DNA of 64,000 nucleotides from an uncultured Candidatus Saccharibacteria bacterium (GCA_964566505.1 CAZMIM010000001.1:132581-196580), one strand, 5' to 3'. Counted from the first letter of the stretch, positions 38,043 to 48,324 are shown. Notes: a model not told the origin generated them from the sequence alone. Translations and numbers: made by a program.

Positions 38043-38990
38043 GTGGTATATTCCCCACATATGAAAAAACATAAACTCATTGCAATAGTTGGAGCAACAG
38101 CCACAGGTAAAAGTGGTCTTGGTATAGAGCTTTCAAAAAAATATAGCGGTGAAGTTGTTTCAGCTGATTCAAGACAAGTTTTTCGTGGGCTCGATATCGG
38201 CTCAGGAAAAGTTACAAAAAAAGAGATGGATGGAGTACCCCACCACATGCTTGATGTGGTAGAACCAGAAGAAGAATATAGTGTGTCGCTATTTAAGATA
38301 GATGCAGAGAATAAAATAGAAGAGATTGTAAAACGCTCAAATGTGCCATTTATTGTGGGTGGAACCGGGCAATATGTAGAAGCAATAGTTTCTGGCATGG
38401 AATACCCAGAGGTGCCACCAAATGAGGAGCTTCGAACAGAGCTTGAGAAAAAAGATACTGAAGAGCTGTTTTCTATTTTAAAAAAGCTAGACCCCAAAAG
38501 AGCAGAGAGTATAGACCCTCAAAATAAACGAAGGCTCGTAAGAGCTATTGAGATAGCAAAACACCTTGGATCTGTACCAAAAATAAAAAAGAATCCTCAA
38601 TATGAAGTACTACAAATAGGACTAGAGCTTCCTGATGATGAGCTACGAGAGAAGATAGAGAAAAGGCTACATGAACGCATTGATGAGGGAATGATAGAAG
38701 AAGTTGAAAAACTTATTGAAGACGAAGTTTCTAAAGAGTGGCTTAAAAACCTTGGCCTTGAATATAGATATATAACAGAGCATCTTGAAGGAGAGTTTTC
38801 AAAAGAAGAAATGATTGAAATACTTTCTGCAAAAATTTGGCAATTTTCACGAAGGCAAATGAGATGGTTTAAGCGTGATGAAAATATTCACTGGTTCCAC
38901 CCAACACAAGCAAAAGAAATTGACTCTTTGGTAGCTGATTTTCTTTCATCGTTTGGCAAGACCAAGTCTTGCCATTTGACTCTTTTATAA
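38043..38990 (+). CDS. miaA: tRNA dimethylallyltransferase
   Basis: LIAIVGATATGKSGLGIELSKKYSGEVVSADSRQVFRGLDIGSGK, the MiaA P-loop and signature. Confidence 0.8.
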   Translation: MVYSPHMKKHKLIAIVGATATGKSGLGIELSKKYSGEVVSADSRQVFRGLDIGSGKVTKKEMDGVPHHMLDVVEPEEEYSVSLFKIDAENKIEEIVKRSNVPFIVGGTGQYVEAIVSGMEYPEVPPNEELRTELEKKDTEELFSILKKLDPKRAESIDPQNKRRLVRAIEIAKHLGSVPKIKKNPQYEVLQIGLELPDDELREKIEKRLHERIDEGMIEEVEKLIEDEVSKEWLKNLGLEYRYITEHLEGEFSKEEMIEILSAKIWQFSRRQMRWFKRDENIHWFHPTQAKEIDSLVADFLSSFGKTKSCHLTLL

Positions 38991-39036
38991 AGAGCGAGTA
39001 TTCTCGAATACGGAATAAACACCAAGGAGGTGTCTT

Positions 39037-39180
39037 ATGTGGGAGAACCTTTTAACAATCCTTCTCATATTCCTGCCTGTTGCAATACTTATTGTGTTGT
39101 TTCTGAGAGGGGTCGGGAGGATTTCATCAACTCGCTGTTATGACGAACACGGCGATCAAATTCTGAAGGAGGAACAATGA
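39037..39180 (+). CDS. Small single-TM peptide (47 aa)
   Basis: MWENLLTILLIFLPVAILIVLFLRGVGRISSTRCYDEHGDQILKEEQ. Perfect SD aaggagg 7 nt upstream. Stop overlaps the next ATG (ATGA). Confidence 0.35.
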   Translation: MWENLLTILLIFLPVAILIVLFLRGVGRISSTRCYDEHGDQILKEEQ

Positions 39181-39338
39181 ACAGGGAGACTGGATGGATG
39201 ATTGCTTTTGGAGCAATCATTACGGCAAGTGTCGTTGTGCTCGTATGGGGCGGACAACTACGTGTTGCAGCCTCACAGCTCAGTGAGCGTTTTCAGAGGC
39301 ACGATGAACGAGATGAGGATGATGTCACCGAAGACTGA
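39177..39338 (+). CDS. Small single-TM peptide (53 aa)
   Basis: MNRETGWMIAFGAIITASVVVLVWGGQLRVAASQLSERFQRHDERDEDDVTED. SD aaggagg upstream. Followed by a terminator. Confidence 0.35.
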   Translation: MNRETGWMIAFGAIITASVVVLVWGGQLRVAASQLSERFQRHDERDEDDVTED

Positions 39339-39359
39339 ATCCTATCAAACTCAAAGAGT

Positions 39360-39388
39360 GGGAGAACCTGGTTCTCCCACTCTTTTTC
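39360..39388 (+). terminator. Rho-independent terminator
   Basis: gggagaac-ctg-gttctccc followed by ctcttttt. Confidence 0.55.
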
Positions 39389-39403
39389 AATATTTAATTT
39401 TTG

Positions 39404-39475
39404 CGGGCGTGGAGGGACTCGAACCCCCAGCACGACTTTTGGAGAGTCGCCGCTTACCAATTAACGAACACGCCC
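39404..39475 (-). tRNA. trnW: tRNA-Trp (anticodon CCA)
   Basis: Reverse complement gggcgtg...cgact-ctCCAaa-agtcg...gggggttcgagtccctc-cacgccc-g folds as a cloverleaf. CCA 3' end not encoded. Confidence 0.8.
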
Positions 39476-40135
39476 AGTGTTCTCCATGTAGACTCTTGCT
39501 AGTGTAACGAGTTGTCGCTGTAAGTCAACATCGTGATACCTAACTGAAATACATCCTTCATAGTCTTCTTTTTTCCTAGTTTGAGTATTTCTTTTTTGAT
39601 ATGTCTTTAAAAATTGATTTTTTGACATACCCGTAACATTTGACCAAAACTGTTTTTGTTTCTCTTCATTATGATAAGAATGTAAATGCATTAATACTCT
39701 AAATTTAGATTCATCAATGTCATAAACACTCCTTAAAAGTGTGAGAAATGTTTTTATCAATTCTGGGTCAGAATTAGTAAAATCAACTTTTCCATCTAAA
39801 TCAGATGCGCCCTCACACCAATATATTAAAGAACACAATACTTTCTTTGAGGTTTTTGTTTCAGATAATGAATCTACAATCTTTTGAGAGTTCTTTTTTA
39901 TGTTCGCTTTTTTATGATTTGTGTTTAGCTTTTTGATTTTATAGGCCTTTTCACGGCCTTTTCTTTTTTTATCTTTTATTTTTTGCTGTGCATTTTCAGA
40001 TAATGTAATATGGCTAACCCATGAAGAAACAGAACCTTTTGAAACGCCAAGCTTCTTGTATATTTCATTTATTGAGTACCCCTGACGACGCAAACTTATT
40101 GCCTGCGCTTTCTCTTTTAACTTTGCTTTAGACAT
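39461..40135 (-). CDS. Hypothetical basic DNA-binding protein (N-terminal HTH)
   Basis: 224 aa. LRRQGYSINEIYKKLGVSKGSVSSWV HTH. Lys-rich. 3' end overlaps tRNA-Trp by about 15 nt. Confidence 0.4.
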   Translation of the reverse strand: MSKAKLKEKAQAISLRRQGYSINEIYKKLGVSKGSVSSWVSHITLSENAQQKIKDKKRKGREKAYKIKKLNTNHKKANIKKNSQKIVDSLSETKTSKKVLCSLIYWCEGASDLDGKVDFTNSDPELIKTFLTLLRSVYDIDESKFRVLMHLHSYHNEEKQKQFWSNVTGMSKNQFLKTYQKRNTQTRKKEDYEGCISVRYHDVDLQRQLVTLARVYMENTGRVR

Positions 40136-40216
40136 AGTAAGTTATATAACCTATCTTGATAGTTTATATAATATCATATATCACAAATAAAAATTTCCTC
40201 ATATACGAGGAAATTT

Positions 40217-40402
40217 TTATTTCTTCTTTTTCTTTTTAGAAAGCTTTTTCACTTCCTTAAACACCACATGCTTTTTAAGCTTGGGGCTGTATTTTTTGAT
40301 TTCGATTTTTTGATCTGCCTTGTCGCCCTTCTTGTTTCGTCGAGTATAGTATGTCTCTTTCGTGTCTGGGTTTTGCAGAATTACTAATGCTTTTTGTGCC
40401 AT
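40217..40402 (-). CDS. rpmG: 50S ribosomal protein L33 (bL33)
   Basis: MAQKALVILQNPDTKETYYTRRNKKGDKADQKIEIKKYSPKLKKHVVFKEVKK matches the bL33 pattern (Y.T.KNK....LELKKYCP..KH..H.E.K). Track start is 10 codons upstream. Confidence 0.7.
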   Translation of the reverse strand: MAQKALVILQNPDTKETYYTRRNKKGDKADQKIEIKKYSPKLKKHVVFKEVKKLSKKKKKK

Positions 40403-40486
40403 AGTGTTTCGTATATTACTAAAAAACCCCAAAAAAGCAAGAAACCCGCGATTCCGAAGAACCGCGGGTTTGAAAGCCGTTAATAT

Positions 40487-41098
40487 TCACGCAACCGAAA
40501 TTGCAGGAACATTAAAACGATTTCTGAAGAGCAGAGCCACAACAGCTGTAGTACCTATAAACGCTCTCACGATATAGATATAAGCTTCGAGATCTGCATC
40601 TGCGAATGCGGGGTAAATGGCAACCAGGTTGGCTACCCAGATTGAAAGCCAGAGAATGAGAGAATCATCATGCTGTCGTTTGTGTAAGCTTTTTACAATT
40701 GGCCAGTAGCCAACAAGTGCCAAAGCTTGTAGTAACACATACGACACGAAAGGATCATCAGTGAAGAGCCAAAAGATGACAATGCATCCGGCTCCTATCA
40801 TGGTTCTTTTCTGTGTTGTGTTAAAAGAAACAGCAAGCGTTCCTTTTACCAACAACTTAAGGATGATTACTCCTGTAAGGCTCCATACGCTGATTACAGC
40901 AGATAGGAGACCAACATTCCCAGTGTAACTCCATTCAGGAGTCTGCGTGTACATAAACCACGCAAGACCAAATGAAGCTGAGAGTATAATGAACGCACCA
41001 GGAGGTGGCCCAAATACTCCGCGTACAATCTGCACCGCATAGTAGAGAGTGCCTGACAACATCACAAATGCTGTCAGATAGACCATTGAAAGGTACAT
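40487..41098 (-). CDS. Hypothetical membrane protein (about six TM)
   Basis: 203 aa, hydrophobic throughout. Confidence 0.4.
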   Translation of the reverse strand: MYLSMVYLTAFVMLSGTLYYAVQIVRGVFGPPPGAFIILSASFGLAWFMYTQTPEWSYTGNVGLLSAVISVWSLTGVIILKLLVKGTLAVSFNTTQKRTMIGAGCIVIFWLFTDDPFVSYVLLQALALVGYWPIVKSLHKRQHDDSLILWLSIWVANLVAIYPAFADADLEAYIYIVRAFIGTTAVVALLFRNRFNVPAISVA

Positions 41099-41239
41099 TT
41101 CGTTCCTCCAGGTGAAGTAGTGAGTATCTATATATATTATAACATAATATATTACATATTGTCAAGATATACCCAAAGGCCTCTATGCCCTCTTTTTCTT
41201 TGAGTTTTTGTGTATTTTCTAGTATAGTTTCCTGTACGC

Positions 41240-41322
41240 GCGTCGGTGGCGGAGTGGTCAATCGCATTAGACTGTAAATCTAACGGCTTATGCCTACGCA
41301 GGTTCGAATCCTGCCCGGCGCA
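41240..41322 (+). tRNA. trnY: tRNA-Tyr (anticodon GUA), long variable arm
   Basis: Acceptor gcgtcgg/ccggcgc (one G-U), anticodon arm ttaga-ctGTAaa-tctaa, variable arm cggcttatgcctacg, T-arm gcagg-ttcgaat-cctgc. Confidence 0.8.
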
Positions 41323-41330
41323 CAACAAAA

Positions 41331-41356
41331 AATCACCCCTTGGGGTGATTTTTCTT
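41331..41356. terminator. Rho-independent terminator (serves tRNA-Tyr and convergent clpB)
   Basis: aatcacccc-ttg-gggtgattttt. Confidence 0.55.
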
Positions 41357-44045
41357 ATGCCTTTACTGTTTCTTTTTTCTTCTTTGTAGCAGGTTTTTTC
41401 TTCTTCCCTGTTCCCTGCTTTTTCACTGTAAATGAAAGTTCACCTGCTTTTATTCCTACAGACACCTTTCCTCCACTCATTACACCCTTCTCTACCATCA
41501 AGTTTGCAAGTGGTGTAAGAATCTTATTCTGGATAAGACGCTTAAGTGGTCGTGCTCCATATTGTGGGTCATAACCTTTTTGAGCCAAGTATGTAAGTGC
41601 TTCTTTGCTTACTGAAACATCAATATTTTTATCAGCAAGTCTCTCTTTTACTTTATCGATTTGAATATCTACAATCTCTCGAATTGACTCTTCTGTAAGC
41701 ACATTGAAGATAACAACCTCATCAAGTCGGTTAAGAAATTCTGGTCGGAAATAATCCTTGAGTGCTTTTCCAACGCGCTCTTTTGCATCTTCGTACTCTT
41801 CTTGTGTATCAGCATTTGAAAATCCAAGACGCTCCATCTTCTCAATATGTTGTGAGCCAATGTTTGAGGTCATAACAATTATTGTGTTTTTGAAGTTTAC
41901 CTTTCGCCCCTTTGCATCTGTAAGGTGTCCTTCATCAAGAACCTGAAGAAGAATATTAAATACATCTGGGTGTGCTTTTTCAATCTCATCAAATAGAACC
42001 ACAGCGTATGGTCGGTGTCGTACTTTCTCTGTAAGGTTTCCTGCATCTTCGTATCCCACATATCCTGCTGGTGCACCAATCATCTTTGAGATTGAGTGCT
42101 TCTCCATAAACTCTGACATGTCTACTCGAATCAAGGCATCTTCATCATCAAACATAAACTCTGCAAGGGCCTTTGTAAGCTCTGTCTTTCCTACCCCTGT
42201 TGGGCCAAGGAACATAAATGAACCGATTGGTCGATTTGGATCTGAGATACCTACTCGAGAACGCTTTACAGCGTCTGATACAGCCACCACCGCGTCGTCT
42301 TGGCCTATTACTCGCTCCTTTAGCTCCTCTTCCATTCGTGCAAGCTTTTGTGTCTCTGCCTCAAGCATTCTATTTACTGGGATACCAGTCCATCTTGAAA
42401 TAACATCTGCAATATCTGTTTCTGTTACCTCTTCTCGAAGCACGCGACGCTTTCCTTGTAGCTTCTTGAGCCGTCGTGATTTTTTCTCTATTTCATTTTC
42501 AAGCTCCGGGATGTCTGCATAACGGATCTCTGCTGCACGTGAAAGGTCTGCCATTGCCTCTGCTGCATCTGCCTCAATCCGAAGAGTCTCTAGCTCTTTT
42601 TTCATTTCTTTTATTTCTGCAAGAACCTCCTTTTCGTTTTTCCATCGAAGCTCTAGCTCGCTTGTCTTCTCACGAAGCTCTCCGATTTGTTTATCAATAG
42701 CCTCTACACGCTCTCGTGCATCTGTGTTTTCCTCATCTGAAGCTTCTTTTGCAAGTGCTCGCTTCTCAATCTCAAGTCGCAAAATTGTTCGATGTGCTAT
42801 CTCAAGCTCCTCTGGCTTGTTCTCTAGTGACATTCGTAGTGATGAACATGCCTCATCCACAAGATCTACTGCCTTATCAGGAAGAAATCTGCTTGTTATG
42901 TATCGAGATGAAAGTTTTACTGCAGATATAAGAGCTTCATCGAGAATTCTTACCCCATGGAAAAGCTCATACTTCTCCTTGATACCTCGCATAATAGAAA
43001 TAGCGTCAGTTATGCTTGGCTCATTTACATACACTGGCTGGAACCGCCGAGTAAGTGCGGGGTCTTTTTCAATATGTTTTTGATATTCTTTGAGTGTTGT
43101 TGCTCCAATCGCACGAAGCTCTCCTCGAGCAAGTGCTGGCTTGAGCATGTTTGATGCGTCCATAGCACCCTCTGCTGCTCCAGCTCCTACAATCGTATGA
43201 ATCTCATCGATAAATAGAATGATGTTTCCTTTTGATTTATCAATCTCTTTCATGATTGACTTAAGGCGCTCTTCAAACTCTCCTCTGTATTTTGTGCCAG
43301 CGATAAGTGAGCCAAGATCAAGAGAAACAAGCTCTTTGCCTTTTAGTGACTCAGGCACATCACCTGTTGCCATTCTTTGAGCAAGACCCTCTACCACCGC
43401 TGTCTTTCCTACACCCGCTTCTCCAATTAGTATTGGGTTGTTTTTTGTTCTTCGTGAAAGAATCTGAATGATTCGGTTTATTTCTGTATCGCGACCAATT
43501 ACTGGGTCTAGTTTGTTCTCTTGTGCGTACTTTGTAAGGTTTCGAGTGTATTTGTTGATTGCTCGAAATGTTGGCTTTCCTGGAACATCTGTAACCTTTC
43601 CTTCTTTAAGCTCTTCAAGTACTTCCATCACGCTGTCTGATGTGACTTTGAATCGAAGTAGAAGATCCTTTGACTGATTTGGAGTCTCTGTAAGTGCAAG
43701 AAATAGGTGCTCTGTTGCAACAAACTCCTCACCAAGTCGTCCAGCGATTTGTGTTGATGCTTCAAATATTCTCGCAAGCTCTGGAGTGAGATAGATTTGG
43801 TATGAAGGAGAAAGCACTGATGATGCCTCTGGTGCTTCAAGCGACTCTACCACTGAGTCTGTCAAAAGCATTACATCCACACCAAGACGCTCTAATACGG
43901 AGTACACCACACCCTCTTCTTGCAATATCAAAGCAGCAAGCAGGTGAGCGGGCGTAACATGGTTTTGTCCGCGCTCTATTGCAAGCTCATGTGAACGTTT
44001 TACAACCTCTTTTGCTTTTGTTGTGAATTTTCCAAATGGTGGCAT
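41355..44045 (-). CDS. clpB: ATP-dependent chaperone ClpB
   Basis: 896 aa. Two AAA+ modules (GEAGVGKTA; GPTGVGKTE), Clp N domain, long middle coiled coil. Confidence 0.9.
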   Translation of the reverse strand: MPPFGKFTTKAKEVVKRSHELAIERGQNHVTPAHLLAALILQEEGVVYSVLERLGVDVMLLTDSVVESLEAPEASSVLSPSYQIYLTPELARIFEASTQIAGRLGEEFVATEHLFLALTETPNQSKDLLLRFKVTSDSVMEVLEELKEGKVTDVPGKPTFRAINKYTRNLTKYAQENKLDPVIGRDTEINRIIQILSRRTKNNPILIGEAGVGKTAVVEGLAQRMATGDVPESLKGKELVSLDLGSLIAGTKYRGEFEERLKSIMKEIDKSKGNIILFIDEIHTIVGAGAAEGAMDASNMLKPALARGELRAIGATTLKEYQKHIEKDPALTRRFQPVYVNEPSITDAISIMRGIKEKYELFHGVRILDEALISAVKLSSRYITSRFLPDKAVDLVDEACSSLRMSLENKPEELEIAHRTILRLEIEKRALAKEASDEENTDARERVEAIDKQIGELREKTSELELRWKNEKEVLAEIKEMKKELETLRIEADAAEAMADLSRAAEIRYADIPELENEIEKKSRRLKKLQGKRRVLREEVTETDIADVISRWTGIPVNRMLEAETQKLARMEEELKERVIGQDDAVVAVSDAVKRSRVGISDPNRPIGSFMFLGPTGVGKTELTKALAEFMFDDEDALIRVDMSEFMEKHSISKMIGAPAGYVGYEDAGNLTEKVRHRPYAVVLFDEIEKAHPDVFNILLQVLDEGHLTDAKGRKVNFKNTIIVMTSNIGSQHIEKMERLGFSNADTQEEYEDAKERVGKALKDYFRPEFLNRLDEVVIFNVLTEESIREIVDIQIDKVKERLADKNIDVSVSKEALTYLAQKGYDPQYGARPLKRLIQNKILTPLANLMVEKGVMSGGKVSVGIKAGELSFTVKKQGTGKKKKPATKKKKETVKA

Positions 44046-44147
44046 ATTTCCTTAAATATTAATGTTTTTGAGCTTATAAAAAGGCACAAAAACTATACTC
44101 ATATGTGAGTTTGTATAATACAATCAAAAAAATGTTGGGTCAATATT

Positions 44148-45011
44148 TTAATTTTCCTCTGGTTCTTCATCTGAAAGACCATCTTTGTATGCTTGTAGTG
44201 TGGATACAATCTTCCCTGCTGGTACTACAAAACTTTCAGTATCTGAGCTTACCCCTACTCCTATCATTTCACCAAATACATTGAAGTTTGGGTTTCCTGT
44301 GAGCTTGTTGCCCGTAACTGTAGTGCTGATTTGTGCAAGAACTTTTGTCTCTTCCTCATCAACAACACGGATATCATCTACGAGTGCAGATATAACTCCC
44401 ATGTGTACTGTATTTCGCCCCGCCCCTCCGATAGTAATCACGGTTTGTCCAAGCTTTAGATCTTTTTGGTCTACAAATGAAACTGGCTTGAATGTTCGCT
44501 CATCCTCTTGTGTCATCATAATCTGCAACAAGGCCAAGTGAGCATCGTCGTCTATATAAAGTACTTTAAATGGAAAACGTTCTCCTCCAATACGCGCAAT
44601 AAATTCTGTCTCTGGAGCAATAACGCCTGAATCAGCTACTGCCATGCCTGACTCTGAGATGAGTGTTGCAAGGCCAACTGTTTTATAGAGTGTCTTTTGG
44701 TCTTCTGATAGAGATGTTGTTTCTATTCGTACAAGTGATTGTGAGCCATCTGCTATAGCTTCTGTGATGAGATCCTCTTCTTTCACGACCACGGTTGTCT
44801 CTTTTGTAATTACTGAAGCTGCTTGCTGTGAGTCATCCTCAACAACTCGCTCAACTGTGCGTTCAACCACTCGGTTTACTGTGTTTGTAACTGCAGGAGG
44901 TGCTTGATCTACAAGCGTAACAGTCACAATACCTGTTGCAATAGAGGTAACAAAGCTCACCAAAAGTGTGAGCAAAACGATCTGGTGTGTAGTTAGTTTT
45001 TCCAAATCCAT
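44148..45011 (-). CDS. Hypothetical membrane-anchored protein
   Basis: 287 aa. N-terminal TM IVLLTLLVSFVTSIATGIVTVTLV. No clear catalytic motif. Confidence 0.4.
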   Translation of the reverse strand: MDLEKLTTHQIVLLTLLVSFVTSIATGIVTVTLVDQAPPAVTNTVNRVVERTVERVVEDDSQQAASVITKETTVVVKEEDLITEAIADGSQSLVRIETTSLSEDQKTLYKTVGLATLISESGMAVADSGVIAPETEFIARIGGERFPFKVLYIDDDAHLALLQIMMTQEDERTFKPVSFVDQKDLKLGQTVITIGGAGRNTVHMGVISALVDDIRVVDEEETKVLAQISTTVTGNKLTGNPNFNVFGEMIGVGVSSDTESFVVPAGKIVSTLQAYKDGLSDEEPEEN

Positions 45012-45050
45012 ATACTCTAAAGTATAGAGGATTGGGATAGGCTGAGCAAG

Positions 45051-46220
45051 CTAGCTTTTGAGTATTTTCTGTAAAACTTTTATCACCGTATCGACGTCTT
45101 TTTTAGTAGTCTCTTTCCCAAGAGAAAAGCGTACTGCGCTCGGGTTTCTGTGGTCAAATAGAGCCTGAAGTGTAGCTGAAGGGTCGTCGTTTGACTGAGT
45201 ACAAGCACTTCGAGTCGAAGTATAGATATTGTTCATATCAAGAGACACCACGATAAACTCATGGTTCTCTCCTGGGAATGTAACGCTAACATTGTGAGGG
45301 GCGCGAAGCACTTTGTCTCCATTTATACGCGCCTTTGGAAAATGGGCCTCAATCTCTTTAAAGAAATAGTCTCTTACGGCTTCTACTTTTTCTTTATATT
45401 CACCTTGTTCTGTCTGCGCTATCTCAAATGCTTTTGCAAAACCTACAATAAGAGGCATTGCTGGAGTACCGTGTCGTACATATGACTTTGTTGAAAGCCC
45501 CAAAAGAATTGGCTTTAGGGTGATGTCTTTTCGTACATAAAGAGCTCCAACACCTTTTGGCCCATACATCTTGTGTGCATCAAGTGTCATCATGTCTACT
45601 CGGAGTTTTGTAGCATCACACGGTAGATATAGTGCTGCTTGTGATGCATCTGTATGAAAAATGATATTGCTACCGTGCTCTTGGTTGTATTTTTCTATAG
45701 CACGACCTATAAGCTGTATTGGCTGTATTGTGCCGATTTCGCTGTTTACATACAAAATAGAAACCAAAAGTGTATCCTCTGAAAGAAGCTCTTTGAAATG
45801 GTCTGTATCTACAATACCGGCTTCGTTGACACGTGCTATGTCCACATGCAAATCATTTGCATTTGCATATTCTACTATTCCCCCTACTGATGGATGCTCT
45901 ATAGCACTAAGAATGATTCGCTTGCCGGAAATTTCTCCCTTCTCTTTTTGAGCTTCTAGATAGCCAACAAGTGCTTGGGTTGAGCTTTCTGTTCCATTTC
46001 CAGTAAATATAATCTCTTCAGGCCTACAATCGATAAAACGAGCACATGTGCGCTGTGCATTCTCAAAAACCTCTCGTGCTTCTACTCCCATAGAATGAAT
46101 CGCCCAAGGGTGAGCAAATACATCACTCCAGTATGGCTCCATAGCTTTTTGTACACGCGCATCAACTGGCGTGGTGGCCATGTAGTCGAGGTATATTCCT
46201 TTGTTTTTCTTATTAAGCAT
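45051..46220 (-). CDS. Cysteine desulfurase / class V aminotransferase (IscS/NifS-like)
   Basis: PLP-lysine region TLDAHKMYGPKGVGALY. Track ORF extends to 46313, but MLNKKNKGIYLDYMATTP at 46220 is the likelier start. Confidence 0.7.
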   Translation of the reverse strand: MLNKKNKGIYLDYMATTPVDARVQKAMEPYWSDVFAHPWAIHSMGVEAREVFENAQRTCARFIDCRPEEIIFTGNGTESSTQALVGYLEAQKEKGEISGKRIILSAIEHPSVGGIVEYANANDLHVDIARVNEAGIVDTDHFKELLSEDTLLVSILYVNSEIGTIQPIQLIGRAIEKYNQEHGSNIIFHTDASQAALYLPCDATKLRVDMMTLDAHKMYGPKGVGALYVRKDITLKPILLGLSTKSYVRHGTPAMPLIVGFAKAFEIAQTEQGEYKEKVEAVRDYFFKEIEAHFPKARINGDKVLRAPHNVSVTFPGENHEFIVVSLDMNNIYTSTRSACTQSNDDPSATLQALFDHRNPSAVRFSLGKETTKKDVDTVIKVLQKILKS

Positions 46221-46301
46221 GCTCTTTATTATTCTCATACTATATTGTATAGTAAGGATTACATCAACAGCACCAGGTGCTGTTTTAGCTTGATTTATAC
46301 C

Positions 46302-47804
46302 ATGAGTGCACAATCAAAGACAGAGAATAATATCACTCGACCGCCCGTAATCGTTGTTATGGGTCATATTGACCATGGGAAATCAAAACTCCTTGATTAT
46401 ATCCGCAAATCACATGTAGTGGAATCAGAAGCTGGGGGTATCACACAGCATATCTCTGCATACGAAGTAGAACACGAAAAAGATGGTGAAAAACACCGAA
46501 TCACTTTTCTGGACACTCCAGGTCATGAGGCTTTTTCTGGAATGCGAGCGCGAGGAGCTCAAGTAGCAGATATTGCTATTTTGGTGGTGGCAGCAGATGA
46601 CGGAGTAAATACACAAACTGTGGAAGCGCTCGAAGCTATAAAAGGAGCTGATGTTCCTTATGTGGTTGCTATCAACAAGATTGATAAACCAGACGCAGAT
46701 ATAAATAAAACAATCCAAAGCCTTATCGAGCACGAGGTCTATGTGGAAGGATATGGAGGAGATATTCCGTATGCAAAGATAAGTGCCAAAGAAGGTGATG
46801 GTGTGGATGAGCTTCTGGATATTTTGCTACTCGTAGCAGAGCTTGAAGAGCTGAGCGCAAACCCAAACACTCCAGCAGAAGGCGTGGTGATAGAAACACG
46901 GCTCGACCCAAAGAAAGGAATCTCTGCAACACTTGTGATTACTTCAGGGACTATCAAACAAGGAATGCATGTGGTGGCAGAAAAAGCTACATCACCCGTG
47001 CGAATCATGGAAGACTTTAGCGGGAAGAAAATCTCAGAAGCAACATTTTCATCACCTATTATGATTACTGGCTTCAATGAGACACCAAATGTTGGTGCAC
47101 GATTTAAAACATTTGAAAAACGAAAAGATGCAGAGAAGTATGCTCTTGAATATGGAGAAGCTTCAACAAAACAAGAAGCTGAGGTTGTATCTGATGATAT
47201 TCATACTATTCCTGTAGTGGTAAAGGGAGATGTGGTGGGAACACAAGAAGCTCTCATGCTAAAGCTTAAAGAGCTAGAGACAGAGCGAGTAAAACTAAAA
47301 ATAGTACACACGGGTATTGGAACCATTACTGAAGGTGATGTGAAGCTTGCTGGAACAAGTGAAAATGCTTACATCATCGGGTTTAATGTTGATATTGAAC
47401 GAACGGCAGAAGAGCTTGCAGAGCGCATGGGTGTAAAAACACAAACATCAAATATTATCTACGAGCTTATTGAGTGGTTTGAAAAAGTTGTAGAAGAGGA
47501 AACTCCTAGAGAAGAAACAGAAGTAGAGATAGGGCGACTAAAAGTACTAAAAACATTTAGCCAAGTTAAAGACAAGCAAGTGATTGGTGGAAAGGTGAGC
47601 GGTGGAGTTATAAAGAAAGGTGCACGATTTAATATCATGCGACGAAATGAGAATGTGGGAGTTGGTAAGATAAATGGTATCCAACAGCAAAAATCTAGCG
47701 TGTCAGAGGCGCACGAAGGAGGTGAAGCAGGTCTTGAGGTAGAGTCTAAGACAACTATTGCCGAGAGCGATCACCTTTCTGTCTTTGTAATAGAAAAACG
47801 ATAA
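46302..47804 (+). CDS. infB: Translation initiation factor IF-2 (short form lacking the long N-terminal region)
   Basis: G-domain VIVVMGHIDHGKSKLLD, DTPGHEAF, NKIDK. Start at MSAQSK; the upstream part of the track ORF overlaps the desulfurase gene. Confidence 0.85.
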   Translation: MSAQSKTENNITRPPVIVVMGHIDHGKSKLLDYIRKSHVVESEAGGITQHISAYEVEHEKDGEKHRITFLDTPGHEAFSGMRARGAQVADIAILVVAADDGVNTQTVEALEAIKGADVPYVVAINKIDKPDADINKTIQSLIEHEVYVEGYGGDIPYAKISAKEGDGVDELLDILLLVAELEELSANPNTPAEGVVIETRLDPKKGISATLVITSGTIKQGMHVVAEKATSPVRIMEDFSGKKISEATFSSPIMITGFNETPNVGARFKTFEKRKDAEKYALEYGEASTKQEAEVVSDDIHTIPVVVKGDVVGTQEALMLKLKELETERVKLKIVHTGIGTITEGDVKLAGTSENAYIIGFNVDIERTAEELAERMGVKTQTSNIIYELIEWFEKVVEEETPREETEVEIGRLKVLKTFSQVKDKQVIGGKVSGGVIKKGARFNIMRRNENVGVGKINGIQQQKSSVSEAHEGGEAGLEVESKTTIAESDHLSVFVIEKR

Positions 47805-47805
47805 T

Positions 47806-48129
47806 ATGACACTCCGACAAGAAAAACTTTCATCAAGAATACGAGAGATTGCGTCGGAGTTTTTTGCGAGAGAGTCAAACCGTTCATCTCTTATTACAAT
47901 TACGCGCGCAAGTGTGTCGAAAGACATGGCAAAAGCGACAATATACATAAGTGTGTTCCCAGAAACAAATGAGGAGACTGCTCTTGATTTTTGTAGACGA
48001 AAAATGGGAGACTTTCGTGCATACGCAAAGCCACAGCTTCCACTGAAGCGAATTCCTTTCTTTTCATGCGAATTAGATATTGGAGAGAAAAACCGGCAAG
48101 CGATTGACGAAATAGAGTCTGATTCGTAG
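47806..48129 (+). CDS. rbfA: Ribosome-binding factor A
   Basis: 107 aa. RIREIASEFFARESNRSSLITITRASVSKDMAKATIYISV, typical RbfA. Immediately 3' of infB. Confidence 0.75.
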   Translation: MTLRQEKLSSRIREIASEFFARESNRSSLITITRASVSKDMAKATIYISVFPETNEETALDFCRRKMGDFRAYAKPQLPLKRIPFFSCELDIGEKNRQAIDEIESDS

Positions 48130-48152
48130 TATAATGCTTTAAAACATAATAT

Positions 48153-48224
48153 GGCTCGGTGGCGAAGTGGTAACGCTGGGGACTGCAAATCCTCCATGCG
48201 CGGGTTCGATTCCCGCCCGGGCCT
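48153..48224 (+). tRNA. trnC: tRNA-Cys (anticodon GCA)
   Basis: Acceptor ggctcgg/ccgggcc, anticodon loop ctGCAaa, T-arm cgggttcgattcccg. Confidence 0.8.
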
Positions 48225-48242
48225 CACTGTATTTTTATACAT

Positions 48243-48324
48243 GCCCGGGTGGTGGAATTGGTATACACGCTCGACTTAAGATCGAGTGCCGCAAGGCATG
48301 AGGGTTCGACTCCCTCCCCGGGCA
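48243..48324 (+). tRNA. trnL: tRNA-Leu (anticodon UAA), long variable arm
   Basis: Acceptor gcccggg/cccgggc, anticodon arm ctcga-ctTAAga-tcgag, T-arm gaggg-ttcgact-ccctc. Confidence 0.8.

Noticed and set aside
39202-39507. 101-aa plus-strand ORF spanning the terminator and tRNA-Trp
   Set aside because: It runs through a rho-independent terminator and across a tRNA gene on the opposite strand.
39461-40135. LAGLIDADG or HNH homing-endonuclease assignment for the HTH protein next to tRNA-Trp
   Set aside because: The segment LIYWCEGASDLDG is only a weak resemblance. No second LAGLIDADG motif and no HNH histidines were identified.
41669-43840. Numerous 60-130 aa ORFs on both strands inside clpB
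   Set aside because: Shadow ORFs within a 896-aa ClpB with intact AAA+ motifs.
47703-48242. 179-aa minus-strand ORF and the 78-aa ORF 48465..48701 covering rbfA and the tRNA cluster
   Set aside because: They overlap well-supported rbfA and four canonical tRNA genes on the opposite strand. No RBS and no motif.
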